Origin: Terriglobales bacterium
GTDB lineage: Bacteria; Acidobacteriota; Terriglobia; Terriglobales; Acidobacteriaceae
Length of the DNA stretch: 24,000 bases
Reading direction: 5' to 3'
Assembly (NCBI GenBank): GCA_035512155.1
Contig: DATKEN010000092.1
Span: 1 to 24,000 of the forward strand
A program made the translations under genes and the position numbers. A model generated the notes under the pieces. The model was not told where the DNA came from. It searched no databases and worked only from the letters and a program-made list of their open reading frames with translations. This document shows positions 14,546 to 24,000 of the stretch, piece by piece (the stretch's first letter is position 1; each line of letters begins with the position of its first letter).

Positions 14546-15424
14546 ATGCGGGAAGTCGATACATCCTTCGGCCAGGAAGAGCGGAACGCCACAGAGCCTC
14601 TGACGCAGACTCCTGCGACCGACCACGCTTTGCGGAGGCCCGAGGATGACAGTGCCGGCACGTCAGCTCCCCGAAAGAAGTATGGCTGGGGCAGCCGGTT
14701 GCGATCCTATTTCGTCTTCGATCCTCTGATTTGGTTCTACACCGTCATCCTCGGAATCATTTCTATCCCGGTTTCTTTGTTCGGCGAGAAAGAACGTATC
14801 CTTCACGGCTTCGCCCGATTTTGGTCGCAGCTGATTATGAAGACTATCTCCTCGCCGGTGCGGGTCAGCGGATTGGAGAATATCGATGTCTCGAAGCCGA
14901 CTGTGATCGCGGTCAATCATGCTTCCGCGATCGATATTCCGGTGCTCTACGTATACCTGCCGTTTCAGTTCCGGATCGTCTTCAAGAAAGAATTGCTGGT
15001 GTATCCAATCGTTGGCTGGCATCTGAGGCGGTCCGGGCAAGTTTGTATCGATCAGCAGAATCCATCGCGATCAATTGGGAGCATCCGCTCGGCGCTCAAA
15101 GGCCTGAAGAGCGGCATACCACTGGTAATTTTTCCCGAAGGCGGCCGGACATCCGATGGCGAGATCAAGCCTTTTCTTCCGGGAGCATTTTTCCTAGCTA
15201 TCAAGGCCCAAGTGGACGTCATTCCGGTAGCGCTGATCGGAACTTACGAACTTCTGCCTATGGACACTTTCCACATCAAGTGCCGTCCCCTGGAGATGAG
15301 GGTTGGCAAGCCGATCTCGACTGCTGGATATAGGCTGCGCGACATGGATGTGCTATCGGCCAATGTGCATGCGGCGATGGAGAAGCTGTACTACGAGGAC
15401 CCGCGATTGCCACACACCTCCTAA
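14546..15424 (+). CDS. 1-acyl-sn-glycerol-3-phosphate acyltransferase family protein (LPLAT/PlsC-like)
   Basis: Acyltransferase motifs are present: NHASAID (the HX4D block), FPEGGRT, and IPVALIG. An AGGAG overlaps the folC stop just upstream of ATG 14546. The N-terminal ~50 aa are acidic and low in complexity, ahead of a TM helix. Confidence 0.87.
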   Translation: MREVDTSFGQEERNATEPLTQTPATDHALRRPEDDSAGTSAPRKKYGWGSRLRSYFVFDPLIWFYTVILGIISIPVSLFGEKERILHGFARFWSQLIMKTISSPVRVSGLENIDVSKPTVIAVNHASAIDIPVLYVYLPFQFRIVFKKELLVYPIVGWHLRRSGQVCIDQQNPSRSIGSIRSALKGLKSGIPLVIFPEGGRTSDGEIKPFLPGAFFLAIKAQVDVIPVALIGTYELLPMDTFHIKCRPLEMRVGKPISTAGYRLRDMDVLSANVHAAMEKLYYEDPRLPHTS

Positions 15425-15494
15425 GACGCCTGGCGTCGCTCCTGCGCGTTGTTGATGTAAACTCAAATATTTAGCACGGTACAAAACCCAACCT

Positions 15495-17441
15495 ATGGCA
15501 GACAGCATTCATATAAAGCTCCCGGACGGGAGCGTCAAAGAAGTGCCTAAGGGCGCGACCGCTCTTGATGTCGCCAAGTCCATCAGCCCACGGCTGGCAG
15601 ACGCCGCGGTGGCAGCCAAAACCAACGGCGATCTGATCGACCTCACTCGGCCGCTGGATAGAGACGCTGACCTGCGCATCCTGACCGATCGCGATCCCGA
15701 GGCACTGGAAGTTTACCGGCATTCCTCCGCGCATCTGCTGGCGGCGGCGGTCTTGGAGTTGTTCCCCGAAACCAAGCTTGGCCATGGGCCGGCGACCGAA
15801 AGCGGATTTTTCTACGACTTTTATCGCCCGACTCCCTTTACTCCCGAAGATCTAGAGAGAATTGAAAAGAAGATGCAGGAACTGGTGCAGCAGAACATTC
15901 CCTACGCGCGTGAGTTTCTGCCTCGCGATCAGGGCTTGCAGGAGTTCAAAAAAGAAGGTGACTTCATGAAGTGTCATTTCATCGAGCAGTTCACCAAGCC
16001 CGATGAAAAGATTTCCATTTACCGCACCGGAAAGTTCGTCGACTTTTGCCGCGGCCCGCATGTCCCTTCGACTGGCAAAATCAAAGCCTTCAAGCTACTG
16101 AATATTGCAGGAGCCTATTGGCTGGGCGACGAGAAGAATCCGCAACTGCAGCGCATTTACGGGACGTCATTCTTCTCCAAAAAAGACCTCGACGACTTCA
16201 TTCACAATCAGGAAGAGGCCAAAAAGCGCGACCATCGCGTGCTCGGCCAGCAACTGGATCTGTTTTCTATTCAGGAGCTTGCGGGGCCCGGGCTGATTTT
16301 CTGGCATCCCAAGGGCGGAATCATCCGTAAAGAGATGGAAGACTGGATGCGCTCCGAATACCTGAAGCGCGGCTACTCGCTGGTTTACACGCCACACGTC
16401 GCGCGGCGGCAATTGTGGCAGACCTCGGGCCACGAAGGCTACTACGCGCAAAACATGTTTGACGTCATGGAGCTCGACGACGCGGAATACCGCATGAAGC
16501 CCATGAACTGCCCATTTCACATCCTGATTTATAAGGACTCGCTGAAATCGTATCGGGATTTGCCGGTGCGGTTGGGCGAGCTGGGGACGGTCTACCGTTA
16601 CGAGCGCTCAGGGGTGATGCACGGATTGCTGCGGGTACGTGGTTTTACTCAGGACGATGCCCATATCTTCTGTACGCCGGAGCAGATCGAGCAGGAGATT
16701 GCCAGTTGCGTGGAGTTTGCCCGGGATGTGCTCAAAGATTTCGGATTCGATCAATTTCAAACCGAACTTTCGACCTGGAATCCCGACGACCGGAAGAATT
16801 TCGTAGGAAGCGAAGAGCAGTGGAACCTGGCCACGAGCTCGCTGGAAAAAGTGTTGAAGCGCCTCAATATTGAATATAAGACCATGCCGGGAGAAGCGGC
16901 GTTCTATGGGCCGAAGATTGATATCAAGCTGGTCGATGCCATCGGCCGCCTCTGGCAGCTTTCCACCGTCCAATTTGACTTCAACCTGCCACAGCGCTTT
17001 GCTCTGGAGTACGTTGCGGAGGACGGCACGCGCAAACAGCCGCTGATGGTGCATCGCGCGCTGTACGGATCCGTCGAGCGTTTCTTCGGGGTGCTGATCG
17101 AGCACTACGCCGGGGCGTTTCCGGTGTGGCTCTCGCCGGTACAGGCGGCGATGATTCCTATCAGTGAGCGACATGCAGACTATGCGAACAAAGTTGCGGA
17201 CCAATTGAAAGCCATCGATGTGCGCGTGCACGTCGATGCCCGTAACGAAAAGATGAATTCAAAAATCCGCGAGCATGCCCTGCAGAAGGTACCGTTTCTG
17301 CTAGTGGTGGGTGACAAAGAAGCGGAGGCTGGGAAAGTGAACGTCCGCACCCGAGGGAAAGAGAAGACGGAAGACATGGCGGCCGTAGAGTTTGTAGAGA
17401 AGATCAGAAAGCTCATCGCGGACAAGAGCCCGGGGCTGTAA
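15495..17441 (+). CDS. thrS: Threonine--tRNA ligase
   Basis: TGS domain N-terminus (IHIKLPDGSVKEVPKGATALDVAKSIS), an editing domain, class II core motifs (..DHRVLGQQLDLF.., ..FRYERSG.., ..GFTQDDAHIF..) and the anticodon-binding C-terminus. 648 aa. Confidence 0.97.
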   Translation: MADSIHIKLPDGSVKEVPKGATALDVAKSISPRLADAAVAAKTNGDLIDLTRPLDRDADLRILTDRDPEALEVYRHSSAHLLAAAVLELFPETKLGHGPATESGFFYDFYRPTPFTPEDLERIEKKMQELVQQNIPYAREFLPRDQGLQEFKKEGDFMKCHFIEQFTKPDEKISIYRTGKFVDFCRGPHVPSTGKIKAFKLLNIAGAYWLGDEKNPQLQRIYGTSFFSKKDLDDFIHNQEEAKKRDHRVLGQQLDLFSIQELAGPGLIFWHPKGGIIRKEMEDWMRSEYLKRGYSLVYTPHVARRQLWQTSGHEGYYAQNMFDVMELDDAEYRMKPMNCPFHILIYKDSLKSYRDLPVRLGELGTVYRYERSGVMHGLLRVRGFTQDDAHIFCTPEQIEQEIASCVEFARDVLKDFGFDQFQTELSTWNPDDRKNFVGSEEQWNLATSSLEKVLKRLNIEYKTMPGEAAFYGPKIDIKLVDAIGRLWQLSTVQFDFNLPQRFALEYVAEDGTRKQPLMVHRALYGSVERFFGVLIEHYAGAFPVWLSPVQAAMIPISERHADYANKVADQLKAIDVRVHVDARNEKMNSKIREHALQKVPFLLVVGDKEAEAGKVNVRTRGKEKTEDMAAVEFVEKIRKLIADKSPGL

Positions 17442-17461
17442 CTTCCCCTACACGGTACGCG

Positions 17462-17929
17462 GTGAAAATCACGCTGATCGGCGTTATCTCTGATACCCAC
17501 GGCCTACTTCGGCCGGAAGCGTTGGCTGACCTGCGCGGATCTGCTTTTATCATCCATGCCGGTGATATCGGCGACGCCGCGATTCTGGACAAGCTAGCGG
17601 AGACTGCGCCTGTGACGGCGGTGCGGGGTAACGTTGACCGTGAGGCCTGGGCGCGAAAGATTCCCGCCACGAATGTGCTGGAAGTGGGTGGCATTTCCAT
17701 CTACGTGCTACACAGCTTGCAGGAACTCGATCTGAAGCCGGAAGCGGCTGGATTTGCCGCGGTGATCTCCGGACACAGCCATGTGCCAAAGCAAGAGACG
17801 AGAAACGGAGTGCTGTATTTCAATCCGGGAAGCGCCGGGCCGAGGCGGTTTCGGCTGCCGGTGACCGTGGGGAAGCTGCTAGTCAAAGACGGTGTCGTGA
17901 CAGGTGAGATCCGCCTGCTAGCCATCTAA
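17462..17929 (+). CDS. Metallophosphoesterase family protein (YfcE/MJ0936-like)
   Basis: (V)KITLIGVISDTHG..IIHAGDIGD..VRGNVD..VISGHSH..NPGS carries the calcineurin-like metal-binding motifs. GTG start at 17462. 155 aa. Confidence 0.85.
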   Translation: MKITLIGVISDTHGLLRPEALADLRGSAFIIHAGDIGDAAILDKLAETAPVTAVRGNVDREAWARKIPATNVLEVGGISIYVLHSLQELDLKPEAAGFAAVISGHSHVPKQETRNGVLYFNPGSAGPRRFRLPVTVGKLLVKDGVVTGEIRLLAI

Positions 17930-17944
17930 ATACCTATAGAGAAG

Positions 17945-17975
17945 CAATTTGACCCCGCTCAAATTGTGGTATATT
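17945..17975 (+). promoter_or_regulatory. Extended -10 promoter (TGgTATATT) overlapped by a perfect 8-bp palindrome, immediately upstream of the tlpA-like ATG
   Basis: CAATTTGA (17945-17952), N6, then TCAAATTG (17959-17966). TG is at 17967-17968 and TATATT at 17970-17975. The ATG is at 17983, only 7 nt after the -10, with no SD. TTGACC (17949-17954) is a possible -35 with a short 15-nt spacer. Confidence 0.5.
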
Positions 17976-17982
17976 CCGCCGC

Positions 17983-19772
<1,790 letters not shown>

Positions 19773-19933
19773 TCTCAACGGAAACCATAGCTTGGCATCC
19801 CCGGTTCGTGCCTGAAGCTAAAGGAATCTCCGGCCTACGACAACGAGAACTCCTGCGGTAAATTTGCACAGGGCGAGACGCGTCAGCAGGTATGGCTCGA
19901 ACTGTTTAGCAGGAACCGGGTATCCGAATCTTC

Positions 19934-20263
19934 ATGAGCGCAGAATATTTGTTGACACTGCAAAGCAGTGGCGGCTCCATGGGCTGGCTGGGCTTTGCCC
20001 CGCTGATCTTCATTTTTGCCATCTTTTATTTTCTCTTGATCATGCCGCAGCAGCGGCGGCAGAAGAAGTGGCAACAGATGTTGTCGGAGCTCAAGACCGG
20101 TGACAAGGTGGTGACAAGCGGCGGGCTACGCGGAACTATCATCTCGCTGAAAGACGACTATTTACAACTGCGAGTGCCGCCTGACAACCTCCGGATCGAG
20201 GTAACCCGAGCTTCGGTGGTATCGGTTACGACACCGGAGGAAGCGGTGAGCAAGTCAGCTTGA
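19934..20263 (+). CDS. yajC: Preprotein translocase subunit YajC
   Basis: A single TM helix plus the YajC signature: APLIFIFAIFYFLLIMPQQRRQKKWQQMLSELKTGDKVVTSGGLRGTI. An alternative start at ATG 19979 (MGWLGF..) is equally plausible. Confidence 0.9.
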   Translation: MSAEYLLTLQSSGGSMGWLGFAPLIFIFAIFYFLLIMPQQRRQKKWQQMLSELKTGDKVVTSGGLRGTIISLKDDYLQLRVPPDNLRIEVTRASVVSVTTPEEAVSKSA

Positions 20264-20325
20264 AAATCGATCGTGACGACGCAAAAAAGTGCATCTAAAT
20301 TTTACTGGCAAATAAAAGTTAGGTC

Positions 20326-21945
20326 ATGAACAAGAATTTGGGATGGAAACTCGGACTCGTCGCCGCAATACTGCTGGCATTCCTGTTTGGCATATTCGGA
20401 ATTCCTAAGGACCTCTCAGCCAAGGGACTGGTGGCGTCGTTGCAGGACCGCATTCACCTGGGACTGGATCTGAAAGGTGGAACCCACCTCATTCTTCAAG
20501 TGCAGGTCAACGATGCCGTCAATGCGGATAGCGACCGCGCGGTCGAACGGCTTAAGGAAGCGTTGCGGACGAAAAAGATCAACTATGCCGACATCAGCAA
20601 ACCCGATCCTGTAAACAGCCCGGACAAGATCGTGATTAAGGGAGTGCCGCCGGAATCTAGCTCCGATCTTCGGTCGATTGTGAGCGATCGGCTGTCTGAG
20701 TACGAAGCGGCGTCGGGTGCTGAGAACAGTTGGACGCTGACCATGAAGCCTCAGTCTCTGGTGTCTCTTAAGAATCAGGCTGTTCAGCAGGCGATTGAGA
20801 CCATCCGCAATCGCATTGACCAGTTGGGAGTTAGCGAGCCGGTCATCGAGGAGCACGGGCTGGGACAGTACCAAATCCTGGTCCAGTTACCGGGCGTGGA
20901 TGATCCTGCGCGAGTAAAGGAAATTATGCAGTCCACTGCCATGCTGGAAATCCGGCAAGCCCTGGACAACGGTCAGGCCTATCCTGATGAGCAGGCTGCT
21001 TTGGCTGCGCACAACGGCGTTTTGCCTCCGGATGCAGTCCTGCTGCACGGCAAGAACAAAGGCGGCAGTGGAACGGAAGACGCCGTGTACCTCATTTCTC
21101 GCGTTTCTGCCGTAGCCGGCCACGATCTGAGACAGGCCAGCGTCGGTCGTGACGAGACTGGCCGGCCCGAGGTCAATTTCATCCTGACCGGGGAAGGCGG
21201 ACGGCGTTTTTCGCGATTCACGCGAGAGCACGTCAATGACTATTTGGCGGTCGTGCTGGATAACAAGGTCCAGGAAGTTGCCGTGATTAAGTCGGAGATT
21301 AGCGACCAGGGACGCATTAGCGGCGGTGGGATGACCGAACAGTATGCCAAGGACCTGGCGCTGGTTCTGAATTCGGGTGCTCTGCCCGCGAGTATCAAAT
21401 ACCTGGAAGAGCGGACAGTCGGACCGTCGCTCGGATCGGATTCGATCCGTGCCGGAGTTCAGGCTGCGGTTATCGGAATGCTCGCGGTGTTGATTTTCAT
21501 GCTGGTGTATTATCGCGGCGCGGGAATCAATGCCGACATTGCGCTGATCTTGAACTTGGTCATTCTGCTCGGTTTCATGGGCTATTTCGGTGCGACTCTG
21601 ACTTTGCCTGGGATTGCGGGAGTGATTCTGACTGTCGGCATGGGCGTAGATTCGAATGTCCTGATCTTCGAGCGCATCCGCGAGGAACTGAGGAATGGAA
21701 AAACGCCGCCTTCGGCGGTCGAACAAGGATTCGGCCATGCCTGGATCACGATCGTGGATACGCACGTCACCACGATTGTTTCAGCGGCCATCCTCTTCTT
21801 GTTTGGGACAGGGCCGGTAAAGGGGTTTGCGGTCACGCTAACATTTGGTTTGCTGGCGAACCTGTTTACCGCGGTTTTCGTATCGCGCATGATTTTTGAC
21901 TGGATCCTTACCCGCAAGCAGCGGGGCGAGGCATTGAGCATTTAG
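20326..21945 (+). CDS. secD: Protein translocase subunit SecD
   Basis: N-terminal TM, then a large periplasmic domain (..LGLDLKGGTHLILQV..). The C-terminal 6-TM RND-like bundle includes ..TLPGIAGVILTVGMGVDSNVLIFERIREE.. Confidence 0.95.
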   Translation: MNKNLGWKLGLVAAILLAFLFGIFGIPKDLSAKGLVASLQDRIHLGLDLKGGTHLILQVQVNDAVNADSDRAVERLKEALRTKKINYADISKPDPVNSPDKIVIKGVPPESSSDLRSIVSDRLSEYEAASGAENSWTLTMKPQSLVSLKNQAVQQAIETIRNRIDQLGVSEPVIEEHGLGQYQILVQLPGVDDPARVKEIMQSTAMLEIRQALDNGQAYPDEQAALAAHNGVLPPDAVLLHGKNKGGSGTEDAVYLISRVSAVAGHDLRQASVGRDETGRPEVNFILTGEGGRRFSRFTREHVNDYLAVVLDNKVQEVAVIKSEISDQGRISGGGMTEQYAKDLALVLNSGALPASIKYLEERTVGPSLGSDSIRAGVQAAVIGMLAVLIFMLVYYRGAGINADIALILNLVILLGFMGYFGATLTLPGIAGVILTVGMGVDSNVLIFERIREELRNGKTPPSAVEQGFGHAWITIVDTHVTTIVSAAILFLFGTGPVKGFAVTLTFGLLANLFTAVFVSRMIFDWILTRKQRGEALSI

Positions 21946-22023
21946 GATTGCCGGGTTTTGCTCGGCCTGGACGGGCGAGGGCGCTGGTCCTCATATAGAT
22001 TGTTATAAGGGGTTTTAAGCAGA

Positions 22024-23271
22024 GTGGAATTTTTTCGCAATCCAAACATAGATTTTCTCGGCAAGAAGTGGTACTTTCTCGCCTTTTCATTGGTATTCAG
22101 TGTGGCGGGCATACTTTCCATGTTGTTCTGGCATGGGATCCCGCTAGGTGTAGACTTCCGGGGGGGCACGCTGGTCTACGTGAAGTTCTCGCATCCCCCG
22201 AACGACGATGCCATCCGGGCGGCGCTGGGGCGAGTCGGTCTCGGGCGAGCGAGGATTCAACGACTCGGTGTGCCTGCGAGCAACGAAGAGCTGATTGACC
22301 TGGACGTCCGCGAGACCAGTGAGAAGGCGCTGGACGAGGGCAAGATTAAGGTCATCAGTGCCCTTGAGACAAACACCGCGGCCGGCAAGCAGGACCTGAA
22401 CAATAGCAGCTCTTTGACACAGGCGAATTACCTGCTCGAGAAGGATCCGCTGCACGCAGGTACGGACGCCAATCAACGCTACACCGAAGTGGCGCAGAGG
22501 ATTGTGAACTATCGGGACAAAACCAAGGGCGGCGTGCTAAGTTCCTTCGACGACTTGAAAGGTATAGTCGATCCGGCAGTGGTTGCGACACTGCAGGAGG
22601 GTTTCTATCTTTCCGATTTCGGGATCTACCAAGTGGAAATTGTTGGACCTCAAGTCGGCAAACAACTGCAGAGCCAGGCGAAGTGGGCCGTGATTTACTC
22701 CCTTGCCGGGATGCTGGTGTACCTCGCTTTCCGATTCGAGTGGATCTACGGTGTGGCTGCGGTAGTTACCGTGTTTCACGATACTTTGATCACGGTTGGC
22801 GCCTTTTCACTGGCGAACAAGGAAATCTCGCTGACAGTGATTGCGGCCATCCTGACGCTGATCGGTTATTCCAACAACGATACAATTGTGGTGTTCGATC
22901 GTATCCGTGAGAACTTGAAGTTGATGCGACGCGAGAAGCTGTCCGACATCGTCAACCGGAGCATTAATCAGACCCTTAGCCGGACCATCTTGACAGCGGG
23001 CTTAACATTCCTGACGGTGCTGGCTTTGTATTTGTTCGGTGGCGAAGTGCTGCATGGGTTCTCATTCGCATTAGTGATAGGCATCCTGATCGGTACTTAT
23101 TCGTCGATTGCCATTGCGGCACCCATTCTGGTGGCTTACCAGGATTGGCGGACGAAACGCGGGGCACGGCCGGTGATTGGTCCAGGCGGAAAGTCGGTAG
23201 AAGGCAAGGGTCCACGGCCTAATGCTACTCGGGCACAGGCAAAGGACTCGAAAGCGGGCGTAACTACTTAG
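22024..23271 (+). CDS. secF: Protein translocase subunit SecF (enlarged periplasmic loop and basic C-terminal tail)
   Basis: GTG start. (M)EFFRNPNIDFLGKKWYFLAFSLV.., then GVDFRGGTLVYVKF.., then VGPQVGKQL.. The SecD/F TM bundle follows (..LIGYSNNDTIVVFDRIREN..). 415 aa. Confidence 0.93.
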   Translation: MEFFRNPNIDFLGKKWYFLAFSLVFSVAGILSMLFWHGIPLGVDFRGGTLVYVKFSHPPNDDAIRAALGRVGLGRARIQRLGVPASNEELIDLDVRETSEKALDEGKIKVISALETNTAAGKQDLNNSSSLTQANYLLEKDPLHAGTDANQRYTEVAQRIVNYRDKTKGGVLSSFDDLKGIVDPAVVATLQEGFYLSDFGIYQVEIVGPQVGKQLQSQAKWAVIYSLAGMLVYLAFRFEWIYGVAAVVTVFHDTLITVGAFSLANKEISLTVIAAILTLIGYSNNDTIVVFDRIRENLKLMRREKLSDIVNRSINQTLSRTILTAGLTFLTVLALYLFGGEVLHGFSFALVIGILIGTYSSIAIAAPILVAYQDWRTKRGARPVIGPGGKSVEGKGPRPNATRAQAKDSKAGVTT

Positions 23272-23398
23272 TTTGCAATTGTTTAACTGCCACTCGGCCG
23301 ATATAAGCTGGAGCCGGCCAACGGTTGCTCAGCTTGGGAACAGTGGAAGCAGGGGCGGTGTCTAAGAGGATGTAGGACTCGTGTAAGAGGAGACGCCT

Positions 23399-24000
23399 AT
23401 GTTTGAAGACAGCCTGATTGAATCCGGTGGCAAGCTGAAGACGAAACGCGGGGCGACGACTGCTCTTTCCTTCGTTTTGCAGGTAATGCTGATCGGAGTG
23501 CTGGTATTGATTCCACTCCTATTTACGGAAGCCCTGCCAAAAACACAGCTGATGACCTTCCTGGTGGCGCCTCCGCCTCCTCCGCCACCACCGCCGCCAC
23601 CGGCGGCGACTCCGGTCAAGGTGGTCAAGCAAATTCAGACCGATATCATTAACGGCCAACTCCGTACGCCAACCAAGATTCCAGAAAAAGTGCAGATGAT
23701 CAAAGAAGAAGAGGCTCCACCGCCGATGAATTCCATGGCTGGCGTGGTGGGTGGGGTTCCGGGCGGAGTGCCTGGCGGACAGATGGGAGGAGTGATCGGC
23801 GGAATCATCAATTCGACCCCTATGTCCGTACCCAAGATAGCTACGCCGCAACGCGTACGGGTGTCGCAAGGTGTGACCCAGGGCTTGCTGCTGCGTAAAG
23901 TTCAACCAGCCTACCCGCCCCTGGCGCGACAGGCACGCATCCAAGGAAGTGTGCTGTTGCAGGCTGAGATTAGCAAGGATGGCAGTATTGAAAACCTTCA
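23399..24000 (+). CDS. tonB: Energy transducer TonB family protein (3'-partial; runs off the window; not in the ORF track)
   Basis: GAGGAG (23387-23392) sits 6 nt before ATG 23399. My own translation is MFEDSLIESGGKLKTKRGATTALSFVLQVMLIGVLVLIPLLF (TM anchor), then an 11-Pro run, then a Gly-rich linker. It ends with the start of the TonB C-terminal domain, KVQPAYPPLARQARIQGSVLLQAEISKDGSIENL. The frame is open to nt 24000. Confidence 0.85.
   Translation, partial: MFEDSLIESGGKLKTKRGATTALSFVLQVMLIGVLVLIPLLFTEALPKTQLMTFLVAPPPPPPPPPPPAATPVKVVKQIQTDIINGQLRTPTKIPEKVQMIKEEEAPPPMNSMAGVVGGVPGGVPGGQMGGVIGGIINSTPMSVPKIATPQRVRVSQGVTQGLLLRKVQPAYPPLARQARIQGSVLLQAEISKDGSIENL

Noticed and set aside
15425-15494. 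Possible thrS regulatory leader (T-box or E. coli-type operator)
   Set aside because: The spacer is only 70 nt, too short for a T-box, and no tRNA-Thr anticodon-arm mimic is evident. The only structure is a weak 5-bp hairpin (GACGC..GCGTC) just after the plsC-like stop.
19790-19850. GGTTCG T-loop-like string in the tgt-yajC spacer, checked as a possible tRNA
   Set aside because: No matching T-stem, acceptor stem or anticodon arm can be drawn around it. A bulged hairpin (AGCTTGGCA..TGCCtgAAGCT) is the only structure.
20887-21765. 292-aa ORF antisense to secD
   Set aside because: This is a shadow ORF opposite the SecD periplasmic and TM region. It is Arg/Asp/Gln-rich with no domain-like pattern.
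23570-23602. CCN trinucleotide run that looks like a microsatellite or repeat array
   Set aside because: It is in frame and encodes 11 consecutive prolines, the classic proline-rich spacer of TonB. It is coding low complexity, not a CRISPR array or a non-coding repeat.

Overview
This is a moderately GC-rich bacterial chromosomal segment made almost entirely of conserved housekeeping genes. I count 24 protein-coding loci, 22 of them on the + strand. Gene order: gyrA (5' end cut by the window edge), ytxH-like, a frameshifted cyclase-family gene, a secreted SnoaL/NTF2-like gene (-), rplU-rpmA-obg, a hybrid sensor kinase with a C-terminal PilZ-like module (-), nadD-rsfS-rlmH, a small coiled-coil ORF, cobO, accD-folC-plsC-like, thrS, a yfcE-like phosphoesterase, a tlpA-like thioredoxin, tgt-yajC-secD-secF, and a tonB-family gene (3' end cut by the window edge). 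The protein sequences look Acidobacteriota-like to me (for example the TonB N-terminus MFEDSLIESGG and the many lineage-type insertions in core proteins), but that is an impression, not a search result. I found no rRNA or tRNA genes, CRISPR arrays, transposases, integrases, or phage or defence-type genes. I see no evidence for a novel multi-gene system, so I judge this an ordinary core region. The points worth a second look are all local: (1) a +1 frameshift in the cyclase-family gene; (2) a histidine kinase-receiver-PilZ fusion whose RxxxR motif is non-canonical; (3) a roughly 75-aa insertion in the SecF periplasmic loop that resembles a ComEA-type helix-hairpin-helix module; (4) a Lys/Ala/Pro-rich tail on L21; (5) an extended -10 promoter 7 nt upstream of the tlpA-like ATG, overlapped by a perfect palindrome, which suggests a leaderless transcript; (6) complementary arrays of TCAGC and GCTGA repeats filling the accD-folC spacer. 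Many genes here lack a Shine-Dalgarno sequence (thrS, folC, accD, tgt, obg, nadD, cobO, tlpA-like), while others have strong ones (ytxH-like, SnoaL-like, rplU, plsC-like, tonB, the kinase).
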